A program made the translations under genes and the position numbers. From contig CAVUZH010000014.1 of assembly GCA_963745835.1 (NCBI GenBank), positions 512,001 to 576,000 of the forward strand: a DNA stretch of 64,000 nucleotides, in the 5' to 3' direction. How positions within the stretch are numbered: the first letter of the stretch is position 1; each line of letters starts with the position of its first letter. This DNA comes from an uncultured delta proteobacterium. Its GTDB lineage: Bacteria; Desulfobacterota; Binatia; UBA9968. This document shows, in pieces, positions 56,238-64,000 of the stretch. The notes beneath the pieces were generated by a model that was not told the DNA's origin, ran no database searches, and saw nothing but the letters and a program-made list of their open reading frames with translations.

Positions 56238-57293
56238 ATGAGCGACGGACATTCATTGGTTGAAACTCCCGAGTTGGCGGCCTTACACCGCCGGCTAGCG
56301 GAATATTCGTTGGGAGGACACTGGCAACTCCGAGAAAAAAATCCGGAGCTTGTCGCTCATCTGTGGCCCTGGTCGGTGATTTATTCATGCCTCATGGAGG
56401 CCGGAGACGTTGTCAAACTAGGCGGCATTGATGACGCCGCAAAGCGGCGAACCGTTCAGTTGGTCAATCCATCATTGACCAACAAAAAAGCCACCACCCG
56501 GACTTTGCAGATGTCGATTCAGTTGGTCAAAGCCGGCGAACGCGCGGAGTGTCATCGGCATACCGCTGCCGCGTTGCGATTCGTGGTTGAGGCAGACGGC
56601 ACCGCTTACACCAATGTCGAAGGCGAACAGATGCTGATGGAGCCCGGCGACTTGGTGCTCACGCCCAATTGGACCTGGCACGATCACTTTAATCCAGGAG
56701 ATAATAACGTTGTTTGGCTCGACGTGCTCGATATTCATTTAAGCAACCATCTTGATGCGGTCTTTCAAGAGAACTATGGCGAAGGTCCAGCCCAGCCTAT
56801 CGTCAAGTCAGATGGTTATTGTAAACAGAGGCTGGGCGCGATCCGGCCGCGGGTGAAAAACGCCAGCAACGCGGTACCGTACACGTATAAATGGCGCGAT
56901 ACATTGCGCGCGCTGCAAGACATCGCTGGAGCAGGCGGCAACGACCCGCACGACGGAGTTCTCCTTGAATACGTTCATCCCTTGACCGGCGGTCCGACGA
57001 TGCCGACGATCGGCTGTTGGGTGCAGTGGCTCCGTCCGGGTGAAACCACCAAGCCGCACCGCCACACGAGCAGCACCATTTACCATGTGGTTGAGGGCGA
57101 AGGTATTACGACTGTGGGTCCGAAAAAGACCGCCGGAAAAGAATTAGGTTGGAGATCAAGAGATTGCTTCTTTGTGCCGTCATGGAACTGGCATCAATTT
57201 CAAAACACGTCGAAAAAGGAACCTGCGATCATCTTCTCGGTCACGGACCGGCCCGTATTGGAGAGCTTAGGACTATTCCGGGAAGAAGCCTGA
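56238..57293 (+). CDS. bicupin, gentisate 1,2-dioxygenase-like
   Basis: CHRH..AALRF...TPNWTWHDH, YVHPLTGG..MPT, HRHT...YHV.EG.G. Confidence 0.88.
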   Translation: MSDGHSLVETPELAALHRRLAEYSLGGHWQLREKNPELVAHLWPWSVIYSCLMEAGDVVKLGGIDDAAKRRTVQLVNPSLTNKKATTRTLQMSIQLVKAGERAECHRHTAAALRFVVEADGTAYTNVEGEQMLMEPGDLVLTPNWTWHDHFNPGDNNVVWLDVLDIHLSNHLDAVFQENYGEGPAQPIVKSDGYCKQRLGAIRPRVKNASNAVPYTYKWRDTLRALQDIAGAGGNDPHDGVLLEYVHPLTGGPTMPTIGCWVQWLRPGETTKPHRHTSSTIYHVVEGEGITTVGPKKTAGKELGWRSRDCFFVPSWNWHQFQNTSKKEPAIIFSVTDRPVLESLGLFREEA

Positions 57294-57416
57294 TCAATGA
57301 CTCGCTGCAGGTTAGTCGTATGTCAATTTTCCTAAAGCGCGGAACGCGGCGTCAGACTTTCATAATCGATCGGCGCTGTCCGGCTGGCGCCGCCGAGAAC
57401 AATTTCCGCGAAAAGC

Positions 57417-57659
57417 TCAACCTGCAGTTGCCGCAAAAATTGCGTGCTCGATGTCCTTTACCGCCGGCGGACAATGATCCCGGGCCATTTCGAGCAGTTC
57501 CGTTGCCTGCTGTAAATCGCATTCAAACGAATAGACAGTGACTCCGGCTAATTCACTTCGCTGAGCGCGGGCGAGGACTTCGTGCAATGACGCGCTCTCC
57601 TTGAAATGGCGCATCAGCAACTCCCGCGATTCTTCGGTTAGTTCGATTTGTATCTGCAT
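57417..57659 (-). CDS. hypothetical protein (80 aa)
   Basis: Plausible protein composition, fills an intergenic gap; no motif recognised. Confidence 0.6.
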   Translation of the reverse strand: MQIQIELTEESRELLMRHFKESASLHEVLARAQRSELAGVTVYSFECDLQQATELLEMARDHCPPAVKDIEHAIFAATAG

Positions 57660-57807
57660 GGTGAGAGACTAACCAGAGACGGAGTAAAAGCAATATGGGC
57701 TGCGGATCATCGAATCTCGACGATAGAGTACCGCTGCAGGTACGGCAGAGATTTTCAGGCGGACCATCACCGATCACCAACGCTTCGGTGCAATCCTCGC
57801 GGGATGA

Positions 57808-58782
57808 TTATTTCTTCGCAATCGCTTGGGGATTGAGCACGTTTTGCGGCCTGCCTGCGGCGAACGCAAGAATATCATCGACCACCACAGCGTAGTATTC
57901 CTCGTACCCTTCCCTGGTGACGTAACCTAAATGAGGCGTGCAGGTGACATTATTCATTTTGAGAAGCGGATGATCGGCGCCGATCACTGGCTCTTTTTCG
58001 TAGACGTCCACTGCGGCCATACCCGGACGGCCGGCTTTGAGCGCTTCGACTAACGCGCCGGGGGCAATTAGCCCCGCGCGGCTCGGGTTGACGATCAGCG
58101 CCGTCGGTTTCATCCGGTCGAGATCGTCGCGGGTGACAATCCCTTGGGTGTCTTTGTTGAGCGGCAGATGCAAGCTCAAAATATCCGAGCGGGTAAAAAA
58201 ATCTTCGCGGCTCTCGGCCACTTCAAACCCGGCGGCCTTGGCGCGACCGGTGGAGCCCTCGCGGCCCCAACACACCACTCGGGCGCCGAATGCTTTGCCG
58301 GCAGCGGCAACGATACTGCCGATTTTGCCGTAAGCGTAAATACCCAGCGTCTTACCATTGACTCCGATGCCCAATGTCGATTGCCAATGGCCCTCCTTGA
58401 GCCGTTTAACTTCGAACGGAAGGTTCCGCAGCGCGCTCAGGATGAGTCCCCAGGTCAGCTCTGCGGTTGCATTTGAGTTGCCGGTGCCGCCCGCCGAAAC
58501 CACGATCCCTTTCTCGGTGCAGGCGTCGAGATCCACGTGAGTCGCGGCGCGTCCGGTCTGGCCGATCAGTTTCAAGTTTGGCAATCGTTCGATCAAGGCC
58601 CGCGGAAAACTCGATCGCTGCTGCGTGAGCACCACCGCATCGGCGTCTTTGAGTCTGTCGGCCAATTTGCCGATATCCGTTTCCGTATCAGTAAATACCA
58701 CGACCTCATGGTCGCTGAGCTTCGGGTAAGACTTCAATGTCCGAAATGCGTTCTGGTAATCGTCAATCACTGCAATTTTCAT
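57808..58782 (-). CDS. D-2-hydroxyacid dehydrogenase family protein
   Basis: DDYQ, TAELTW, YGKIG, LSLHL, N.SRA, DVY..EP, TPHLGY. Confidence 0.93.
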   Translation of the reverse strand: MKIAVIDDYQNAFRTLKSYPKLSDHEVVVFTDTETDIGKLADRLKDADAVVLTQQRSSFPRALIERLPNLKLIGQTGRAATHVDLDACTEKGIVVSAGGTGNSNATAELTWGLILSALRNLPFEVKRLKEGHWQSTLGIGVNGKTLGIYAYGKIGSIVAAAGKAFGARVVCWGREGSTGRAKAAGFEVAESREDFFTRSDILSLHLPLNKDTQGIVTRDDLDRMKPTALIVNPSRAGLIAPGALVEALKAGRPGMAAVDVYEKEPVIGADHPLLKMNNVTCTPHLGYVTREGYEEYYAVVVDDILAFAAGRPQNVLNPQAIAKK

Positions 58783-58831
58783 TGGTTGCTACCTTTCGTC
58801 TAATTTCGATAACCAGGTGAGATCTGACGGT

Positions 58832-59470
58832 TCACTTTTCTCCCCAGATAGCGGCGAGTTCGACCGCGGTGGTGATATCGAAAAAGCTCCCCTCCATCAG
58901 TTTCAGCGCCATCTCGTGCAACTCGCGACTTCTAGAGCCGACGCAGTCTTTCAGAATCACCACGTCATAGCCGAGATTGCGCGCACTTCGCGCCGTGCCT
59001 TCGACACCGCCTTCTGTCGCCACGCCGCTGATCACAATCGTTTTGATGCCATTACTCCTGAGCATGAGATCGAAATCCGTCCCGACAAAGGCGTCTGGCC
59101 GGCGCTTTTGAAAAACGATGTCCTGAGGGTCGGGTTTCAACTCCGCAATGATTTCCCGGTCGTGCGGATCGTCCTTCTGTTTCAAGAGTTGAGTCGGATC
59201 GTTAGCTTTCGCCCGTTTCATTCTGATGCGCACCCAAACTCCCGCTTCTTCTTTGGCCAAGTCAAAGCCGGTCTGCACTGAATAGAAAACCCGCACGCCA
59301 ACCCGGCGAGCCAGGGCGGATAGGTCCTTCAGCTTCGGCATCATGTCCTGATAATTGAAAGCATTGGGGCCGATGGCGTACTCCATGTCCCATATGAGCA
59401 AAGCTGTCTGCGATGGTTCGACAATTTCTGCCAACGTGCTGGGGATTTTCTTTCCGGCGATCTCATACAT
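58832..59470 (-). CDS. isochorismatase/cysteine-hydrolase family protein (nucleophile Cys replaced by Gly)
   Basis: TALLIWD, KRR..AF.GTD, GVATEGGVEGTAR. Confidence 0.88.
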   Translation of the reverse strand: MYEIAGKKIPSTLAEIVEPSQTALLIWDMEYAIGPNAFNYQDMMPKLKDLSALARRVGVRVFYSVQTGFDLAKEEAGVWVRIRMKRAKANDPTQLLKQKDDPHDREIIAELKPDPQDIVFQKRRPDAFVGTDFDLMLRSNGIKTIVISGVATEGGVEGTARSARNLGYDVVILKDCVGSRSRELHEMALKLMEGSFFDITTAVELAAIWGEK

Positions 59471-59706
59471 ATCTCACCTCCATTATAGTTCGCTTCGAGC
59501 GGGCATCGGCGGTTAGACCAAAATCGAAAATTAGTCGAAAGCGAAGCTCGTCGTCAACAGGAGACAGCGCGTTCGAACAATCCCCGGAAAATCAGCGCTG
59601 CGCCCTATCTTCAAAACGACGAATTTTGCCGGCGTTCCTGTCCTGGCGGCATCAAAACATTTCCACGCGCTATCCAACAACTATTGTGGCTGATATGCCC
59701 CACAAT

Positions 59707-60432
59707 TCACCATAGGCCTGCTGGCATAGCCGGCCAAGTCGCGAGTAGCTTACCGTACCCAAGAATGTTGTAACTAAGTCCGAGCTTGGAAAGAATCATC
59801 CAAAGCATCGCCGGATTGCTCGCGACAATTGGCACGTTTAGCTCCGACTCTAACCGATCCAAAATTTTCAGAGGGTCTAACAACGCGCCTTGGAAATAAA
59901 TCGCATCGACATTAGGATTTGACTCGAACACTCTACGCGTGAGGCTCGCAACGTCTTCGGAGGTCAGTTTCACCGCGTCCGTGTGCGCCTGCAATAGCTG
60001 CGGCGGGTAGACGGCTTCGATAGCGAAATTTGCAAGATAATCGCAATACAGCGCTTTTAACCGGTCATCGACCGGCGTCATCAGCAGGATCCGTTTAGCA
60101 GCAAATATCTTGAGCGCGGCACAGGCCGAGCGCAAGGCAGTGGCAACGGGAACTTGCAATGCCGCTGCAAGGCGGGCGGTCATGTCCGCATTAAGCACTT
60201 CTTTGGGCGCGCCGCTAATGATTAGCCCGTTCCACTCGTGTCGATCTATCAGCTCACGCGATTGCTGCAGCAGACCGTCTAGTTTGTCCCTGGCATTCCA
60301 AAGCGACCCACCGGAACCTGCCTCCTGAACAAAAGTGAAATCGATATTCGCAGGAATAAAGGCTTTGAAGCTATCGTGATGCGGGCTCGCGGGCGCACTC
60401 GAGCCGATAAAACCAATCTTGGCTTTGGTCAC
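59707..60432 (-). CDS. Asp/Glu racemase-fold protein (maleate isomerase/arylmalonate decarboxylase-like)
   Basis: KIGFI, PVATA..S...AL, RILLMTP, DAIYF, LE.EL..P.V.SN..MLW. Confidence 0.75.
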   Translation of the reverse strand: MTKAKIGFIGSSAPASPHHDSFKAFIPANIDFTFVQEAGSGGSLWNARDKLDGLLQQSRELIDRHEWNGLIISGAPKEVLNADMTARLAAALQVPVATALRSACAALKIFAAKRILLMTPVDDRLKALYCDYLANFAIEAVYPPQLLQAHTDAVKLTSEDVASLTRRVFESNPNVDAIYFQGALLDPLKILDRLESELNVPIVASNPAMLWMILSKLGLSYNILGYGKLLATWPAMPAGLW

Positions 60433-61523
60433 GAGCGTTTCTCACTCAGCGATGGCAGGATCTCCTTACCCCAAAGATCGATAACTTCCGCGATATCGGG
60501 TCCAGCCGGCACGCCGATGCATACCTGAAAAAAACCATGCTGCGCGGCGAAGGCAAAAAGCTCGGCAATACGTCCGAGACACTGCGCCGGTGTTCCGGCG
60601 ATAATCAATCGCTCGACCGCCTCATCCGGGGTGATTGACGCGGCATAATCGATGCCGCGATTCTGCGCATAGGCCTGACGCACCGGTTCCATACTTTGGG
60701 GGTCGATGCCGATGCGTATCAGGGTATCGTCGGGCCAACCCGAAGCAATATGCGAGACAAAACGTTTGGCATGTTGCTTCGCCGCCTGTCCATCGCGGGA
60801 TACGGAGGCATTAAGAAGCATGACTTTTCTCAACGGCTCTGCCAAAGCTGACTGCTTGCGCGCATCGGCAAGAGTGTTCAACGTTTCTTCCATAGCCGTA
60901 ATGCCGTAGAGCGTTTGCAGAATCACGCCGTCGAAATTCCGGGCAATCAGATTCAACACGCCTGGCTTAAGCAGGCTGGGACCGTAGTAGAGGCGAATCG
61001 GCGCACGGGCTTTGAAGCGCAACGTGTAGCTTTCAGCGTTCAGATGGAAATAGTCAGCCAGCGCCGGCATATCGCTGCGCCGGATCGCATCACCTTTGAA
61101 GAGCGTTCGTAGCACGGTCGCGAGCTCGACCATGATCGACATCGGTTTCACGCGCTCAACGTGATGGGTCAGAATAGATCTCGACCCAGGTCCTAGACCG
61201 AGAGAAATTTCTCGGCCGTTGGTTAACTCGGACATGGTCGCAAACGCCGCGGCGAAATCTATCGGATTACGGAAGTACGGTACCGCAATCGCTGTTCCCA
61301 GTTTTAGCGGCAACCGGGCTACCAATGCCGCCGAGCTCGCCAGAACGCTGCGATATTCCAAATTGTCGTTGGTCCATACCTGAGTAAAGCCGTGCGGCCC
61401 GAGAGTCTCGCGCGATTGTTCCGCCAATGCGATAAGTTCGGGTAGAGAGTACCGGTTCAGAACGTGGAGCGGAAAATGGATACCAATCTCGCCCCTGAAA
61501 GTTTCAGGATTATTTGCCATCAT
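60429..61523 (-). CDS. LLM-class flavin/F420-dependent oxidoreductase
   Basis: GF..VW, LGTAI..PYFRNP, T.SEL..GR..LGLG.G, IAGTP..C. Confidence 0.85.
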   Translation of the reverse strand: MMANNPETFRGEIGIHFPLHVLNRYSLPELIALAEQSRETLGPHGFTQVWTNDNLEYRSVLASSAALVARLPLKLGTAIAVPYFRNPIDFAAAFATMSELTNGREISLGLGPGSRSILTHHVERVKPMSIMVELATVLRTLFKGDAIRRSDMPALADYFHLNAESYTLRFKARAPIRLYYGPSLLKPGVLNLIARNFDGVILQTLYGITAMEETLNTLADARKQSALAEPLRKVMLLNASVSRDGQAAKQHAKRFVSHIASGWPDDTLIRIGIDPQSMEPVRQAYAQNRGIDYAASITPDEAVERLIIAGTPAQCLGRIAELFAFAAQHGFFQVCIGVPAGPDIAEVIDLWGKEILPSLSEKRS

Positions 61524-61696
61524 ACGCGAGGGCTATCACAGCAGATCAAAAACAGTCAATGAAGTTGTGGCAGCGCAGTTTTTGTTTATTGGCCAAATAC
61601 TTCGAACAGCCATGCAACTCTAGTGAAGTGTCGCGAATCTGTGACACCAAGTAGTCCGTGCACGATATATTCTCAAGTAAGTCGACAGCTTAGCGG

Positions 61697-61711
61697 TGGA
61701 ATATGCTTTGC
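61697..61711 (+). promoter_or_regulatory. sigma-54-like promoter
   Basis: TGGAATATGCTTTGC, GG-N10-GC, about 50 nt before ATG 61761. Confidence 0.5.
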
Positions 61712-61760
61712 AGTCCGAAAGTGGAGTGATCGATCATAGGAAATGGAAGGGAGGTGCATC

Positions 61761-62147
61761 ATGTGGATTATTCTTATCCTGCTTTGGGTACTTCCTGTTT
61801 CACTGGGATTGGTTATAGCTGCACGACTATTAAGTGGATTACCTGCTGTGAGCAGAGAAGAGTGGCGCGCGCTTTTCCGCGACAGAAGTGACTTCAAACT
61901 TTCTTTCCTGATGGGACTTTTGTTTACCATCTTTGCGGTGATGTTTTTTTTCGTCGGTGTTCTGCAAGGTGTCGTTTTGATCAATGTCGGGTCGTTGTGG
62001 TTCCTGCTGGTGCCACTTTTTACAGGACTGGCAGCACTGTTGCTCATCTTGCTGTGGCTACGCATCGGAGCTCGCGAAACTCGAATGCGCCCACCGGCCC
62101 GAGCAGGCGTACATCATCGGCGCGCGCGGGGTATGTTGTTCCGGTAA
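61761..62147 (+). CDS. hypothetical membrane protein
   Basis: GGAGG RBS; three hydrophobic segments. Confidence 0.7.
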   Translation: MWIILILLWVLPVSLGLVIAARLLSGLPAVSREEWRALFRDRSDFKLSFLMGLLFTIFAVMFFFVGVLQGVVLINVGSLWFLLVPLFTGLAALLLILLWLRIGARETRMRPPARAGVHHRRARGMLFR

Positions 62148-62224
62148 GTTTGTTGGTTCGGGGTGAAATCTTCTCCGCTGTTCTTCTACCAAACTGATAC
62201 GATCGGACTATCTGGTTTTCATCC

Positions 62225-62254
62225 AAAAAGGAGGCGGGGTCCACCCCGCCTCCT
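62225..62254 (-). terminator. rho-independent terminator
   Basis: AGGAGGCGGGG/CCCCGCCTCCT stem plus T run on the minus strand. Confidence 0.8.
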
Positions 62255-62280
62255 CATGGTCTCGACAGCATCTGTCAAAC

Positions 62281-62721
62281 TTATTTAACTCGGCTAGACG
62301 GCGACGTACTGCCCTCGGCGCCGAAACTGCTCTCTTTGCCGCTCTGTTCCATATGTTGCCGTTCTGATCTTGCTGAAGGCATGATTTCTACGCCCAGCCG
62401 CTTTGCCGTTTGCTCGTCCACCGTGCCGGTCGCTGGCAGGTTGTTGTCCCGCTGAAACTTCGAAATAGCTGATTGCGTTTGCGTGTCAATCACGCCGTCG
62501 ACGCTGCCCGGCTCAAATCCTTTGTCCTGCAATGCCTGCTCGATGTCCTTCTTTTTTTCTTTTTCTAAGTTGCTCATCTGTGTTCCCGAGTCATGCATTC
62601 TCTGCTGCCCAGCTTGGTTCTTATCATACGAATGAGCGCCGCCGCCAGCCGATACCGGATTCGCAAGCAGCGCAACTCCTCCTCCCAAAACCGCGGCTCT
62701 CAGTAGTGATGTGGTTTTCAT
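62281..62721 (-). CDS. secreted peptidoglycan-binding domain protein (PG_binding_1)
   Basis: Signal peptide; QAL..KGF.PG.VDG...T..AI..FQ....LP.TG.VD..T...L; GGAGG RBS before ATG 62721. Confidence 0.9.
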   Translation of the reverse strand: MKTTSLLRAAVLGGGVALLANPVSAGGGAHSYDKNQAGQQRMHDSGTQMSNLEKEKKKDIEQALQDKGFEPGSVDGVIDTQTQSAISKFQRDNNLPATGTVDEQTAKRLGVEIMPSARSERQHMEQSGKESSFGAEGSTSPSSRVK

Positions 62722-62773
62722 ATTTCCCTCCTGTGAATTTGTTTTAGGAGCAACGCTCCTGATCGTGCAAAAC

Positions 62774-62788
62774 GCAAGGTCAATGCCA
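62774..62788 (-). promoter_or_regulatory. sigma-54 promoter (-24/-12)
   Basis: TGGCATTGACCTTGC, near-consensus. Confidence 0.7.
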
Positions 62789-63065
62789 GACAACCTTCAA
62801 TTTGCAACGACCAGCATTCATGGGAAATTCAACCTGAAATTTCGGCGCGTCACATATGCGCAACCGGTCCGGCAGAAACTGCTCGAGTGACTGTCATAAC
62901 TGTGTGACAAGAAACCACCCCCATAACGCTTTGAGATCAACCGCTTGTGGCGGGATCGCGAACACACAGGGGTATATCGAATTTTTCTGTCCCCATGGGG
63001 AGACAGTAAGAACATCATCAGTGAAGCACCTGCGCTCGGGACAACTGTTTAGAAGAGCAATGCCG

Positions 63066-63479
63066 TCACAATCGTCCCAGGTCCTGGGCGAGTTCAATCA
63101 GATGCCCGTCCGGGTCGCGCAGATAGGCGGTTCGTTGGCCCCAAATTCTGTCTGTCGGAGGCATCACCGGTTGAGCGCCGCGAGCAATCAACTCGGTAAA
63201 CGCTGCATCCACATCCGATACTTTAAAGCCGACCTCGAATCCAGGAGCATTGGACACAGGCGGGTCTAACGCCATGCCCAAGGTTTTTGCCATGGCGCTG
63301 CGGGTATACAGAGCGAGACGGGTTGTGCCTGTGTCAAGCTGCGCGTAATCGCCGGAGCGATGTCCGAGCCGAAGTCCCAAGACATCAACGTAGAAGCCAA
63401 GAGCGCGATCCAGATCCTCGACGATTAAAATCAGATAGTCCGGAGCGCTCAGGTTTAATTGTTTAGCCGGCATTTTCAC
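63066..63479 (-). CDS. VOC/glyoxalase family protein
   Basis: L.V.DLDRAL.FY..VLG, DVDAA, WGQRTAYLRDPDGHLIEL. Confidence 0.93.
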   Translation of the reverse strand: MKMPAKQLNLSAPDYLILIVEDLDRALGFYVDVLGLRLGHRSGDYAQLDTGTTRLALYTRSAMAKTLGMALDPPVSNAPGFEVGFKVSDVDAAFTELIARGAQPVMPPTDRIWGQRTAYLRDPDGHLIELAQDLGRL

Positions 63480-63515
63480 TCGCTCCTGCGATGCTGATGA
63501 ATGTTATAGCAGGCA

Positions 63516-63656
63516 TCATGTCTTAAGGCACTGCAACACTTCTTCACGCAGCTTCAACAGTAATGCCTCCACTTCTCTCGGGCTCCAGTCTCGGTCGCGC
63601 TTTTCAACCAGCGCGACATATCTGTCGAGAATCGGCTCAATCAGTAGAGCACTCAT
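63516..63656 (-). CDS. small hypothetical protein (46 aa)
   Basis: AAGGAGG RBS before MSALLIEPILDRY... Confidence 0.55.
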   Translation of the reverse strand: MSALLIEPILDRYVALVEKRDRDWSPREVEALLLKLREEVLQCLKT

Positions 63657-64000
63657 AATGGCGCCACCTCCTTGGTCATTGTCGCTTGTTCGCAAAGTGG
63701 TCCAATGCAATCGCAGCCACATTCCAGCACCAACACTGATGCTTTGTCATAGCAACCGCAAAACAATATGTCGGAGCCGTCGCAGCTTGATGAACAAGTT
63801 AAATCAATTTGATGTTGACATAAAACTCGATGCCGTCTTATATCAAATTCTCCAGAGCCAGGAGTAAACCGTATGACCAGCGAAGAAGTCGAGCGTCTCC
63901 ATCAGCAATCGTTAATCGTCGCTTCGACGGCCTTAAGCCCCTTACAAAGCTGAAGGAGATTTTCACGTTCAATAGGGATTTGCTTCGTATGTTTGCATGT

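Noticed and set aside
63873-63953. 26-aa ORF after an AGGAG
   Set aside because: Too short and too near the window edge to support.

Overview
Bacterial chromosomal window, probably from a deltaproteobacteria-like organism such as Candidatus Binatia/Binatota (inferred from gene content and order, not confirmed). A conserved minus-strand core block at about 29-54 kb reads guaB-guaA-NUDIX-dnaE-hflX-pgsA-tRNA-Val-thrS-infC-rpmI-rplT-pheS-pheT-ihfA-MerR-tRNA-Pro, then mobA/moaD fusion-pcm-nlpD-metE-like-apt-nuoI-thiC-pcp. Flanking accessory genes include LLM oxidoreductases, TctA, an RNase/barstar pair, an FAD/Fe-S oxidoreductase, a mycobacterial Sdh1-type succinate dehydrogenase, pilT-pilU-pilU, ALDH, UbiD, a cupin dioxygenase and an unusual catabolic cluster. 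Several things are missed by the ORF track: an ArsC/Spx-family gene with an in-frame TGA in a UxxC motif plus a SECIS-like hairpin (candidate selenoprotein), an ATC-initiated infC, a decayed phage-like island at about 1.8-4.5 kb, pseudogenes (fumC, an SDR, frameshifted comEA/pilU/VOC), a 155-bp MITE-like element and sigma-54-type promoters before small orphan genes. No CRISPR array, rRNA, integrase or intact transposase was seen. All family calls come from motif recognition by eye, not database searches.
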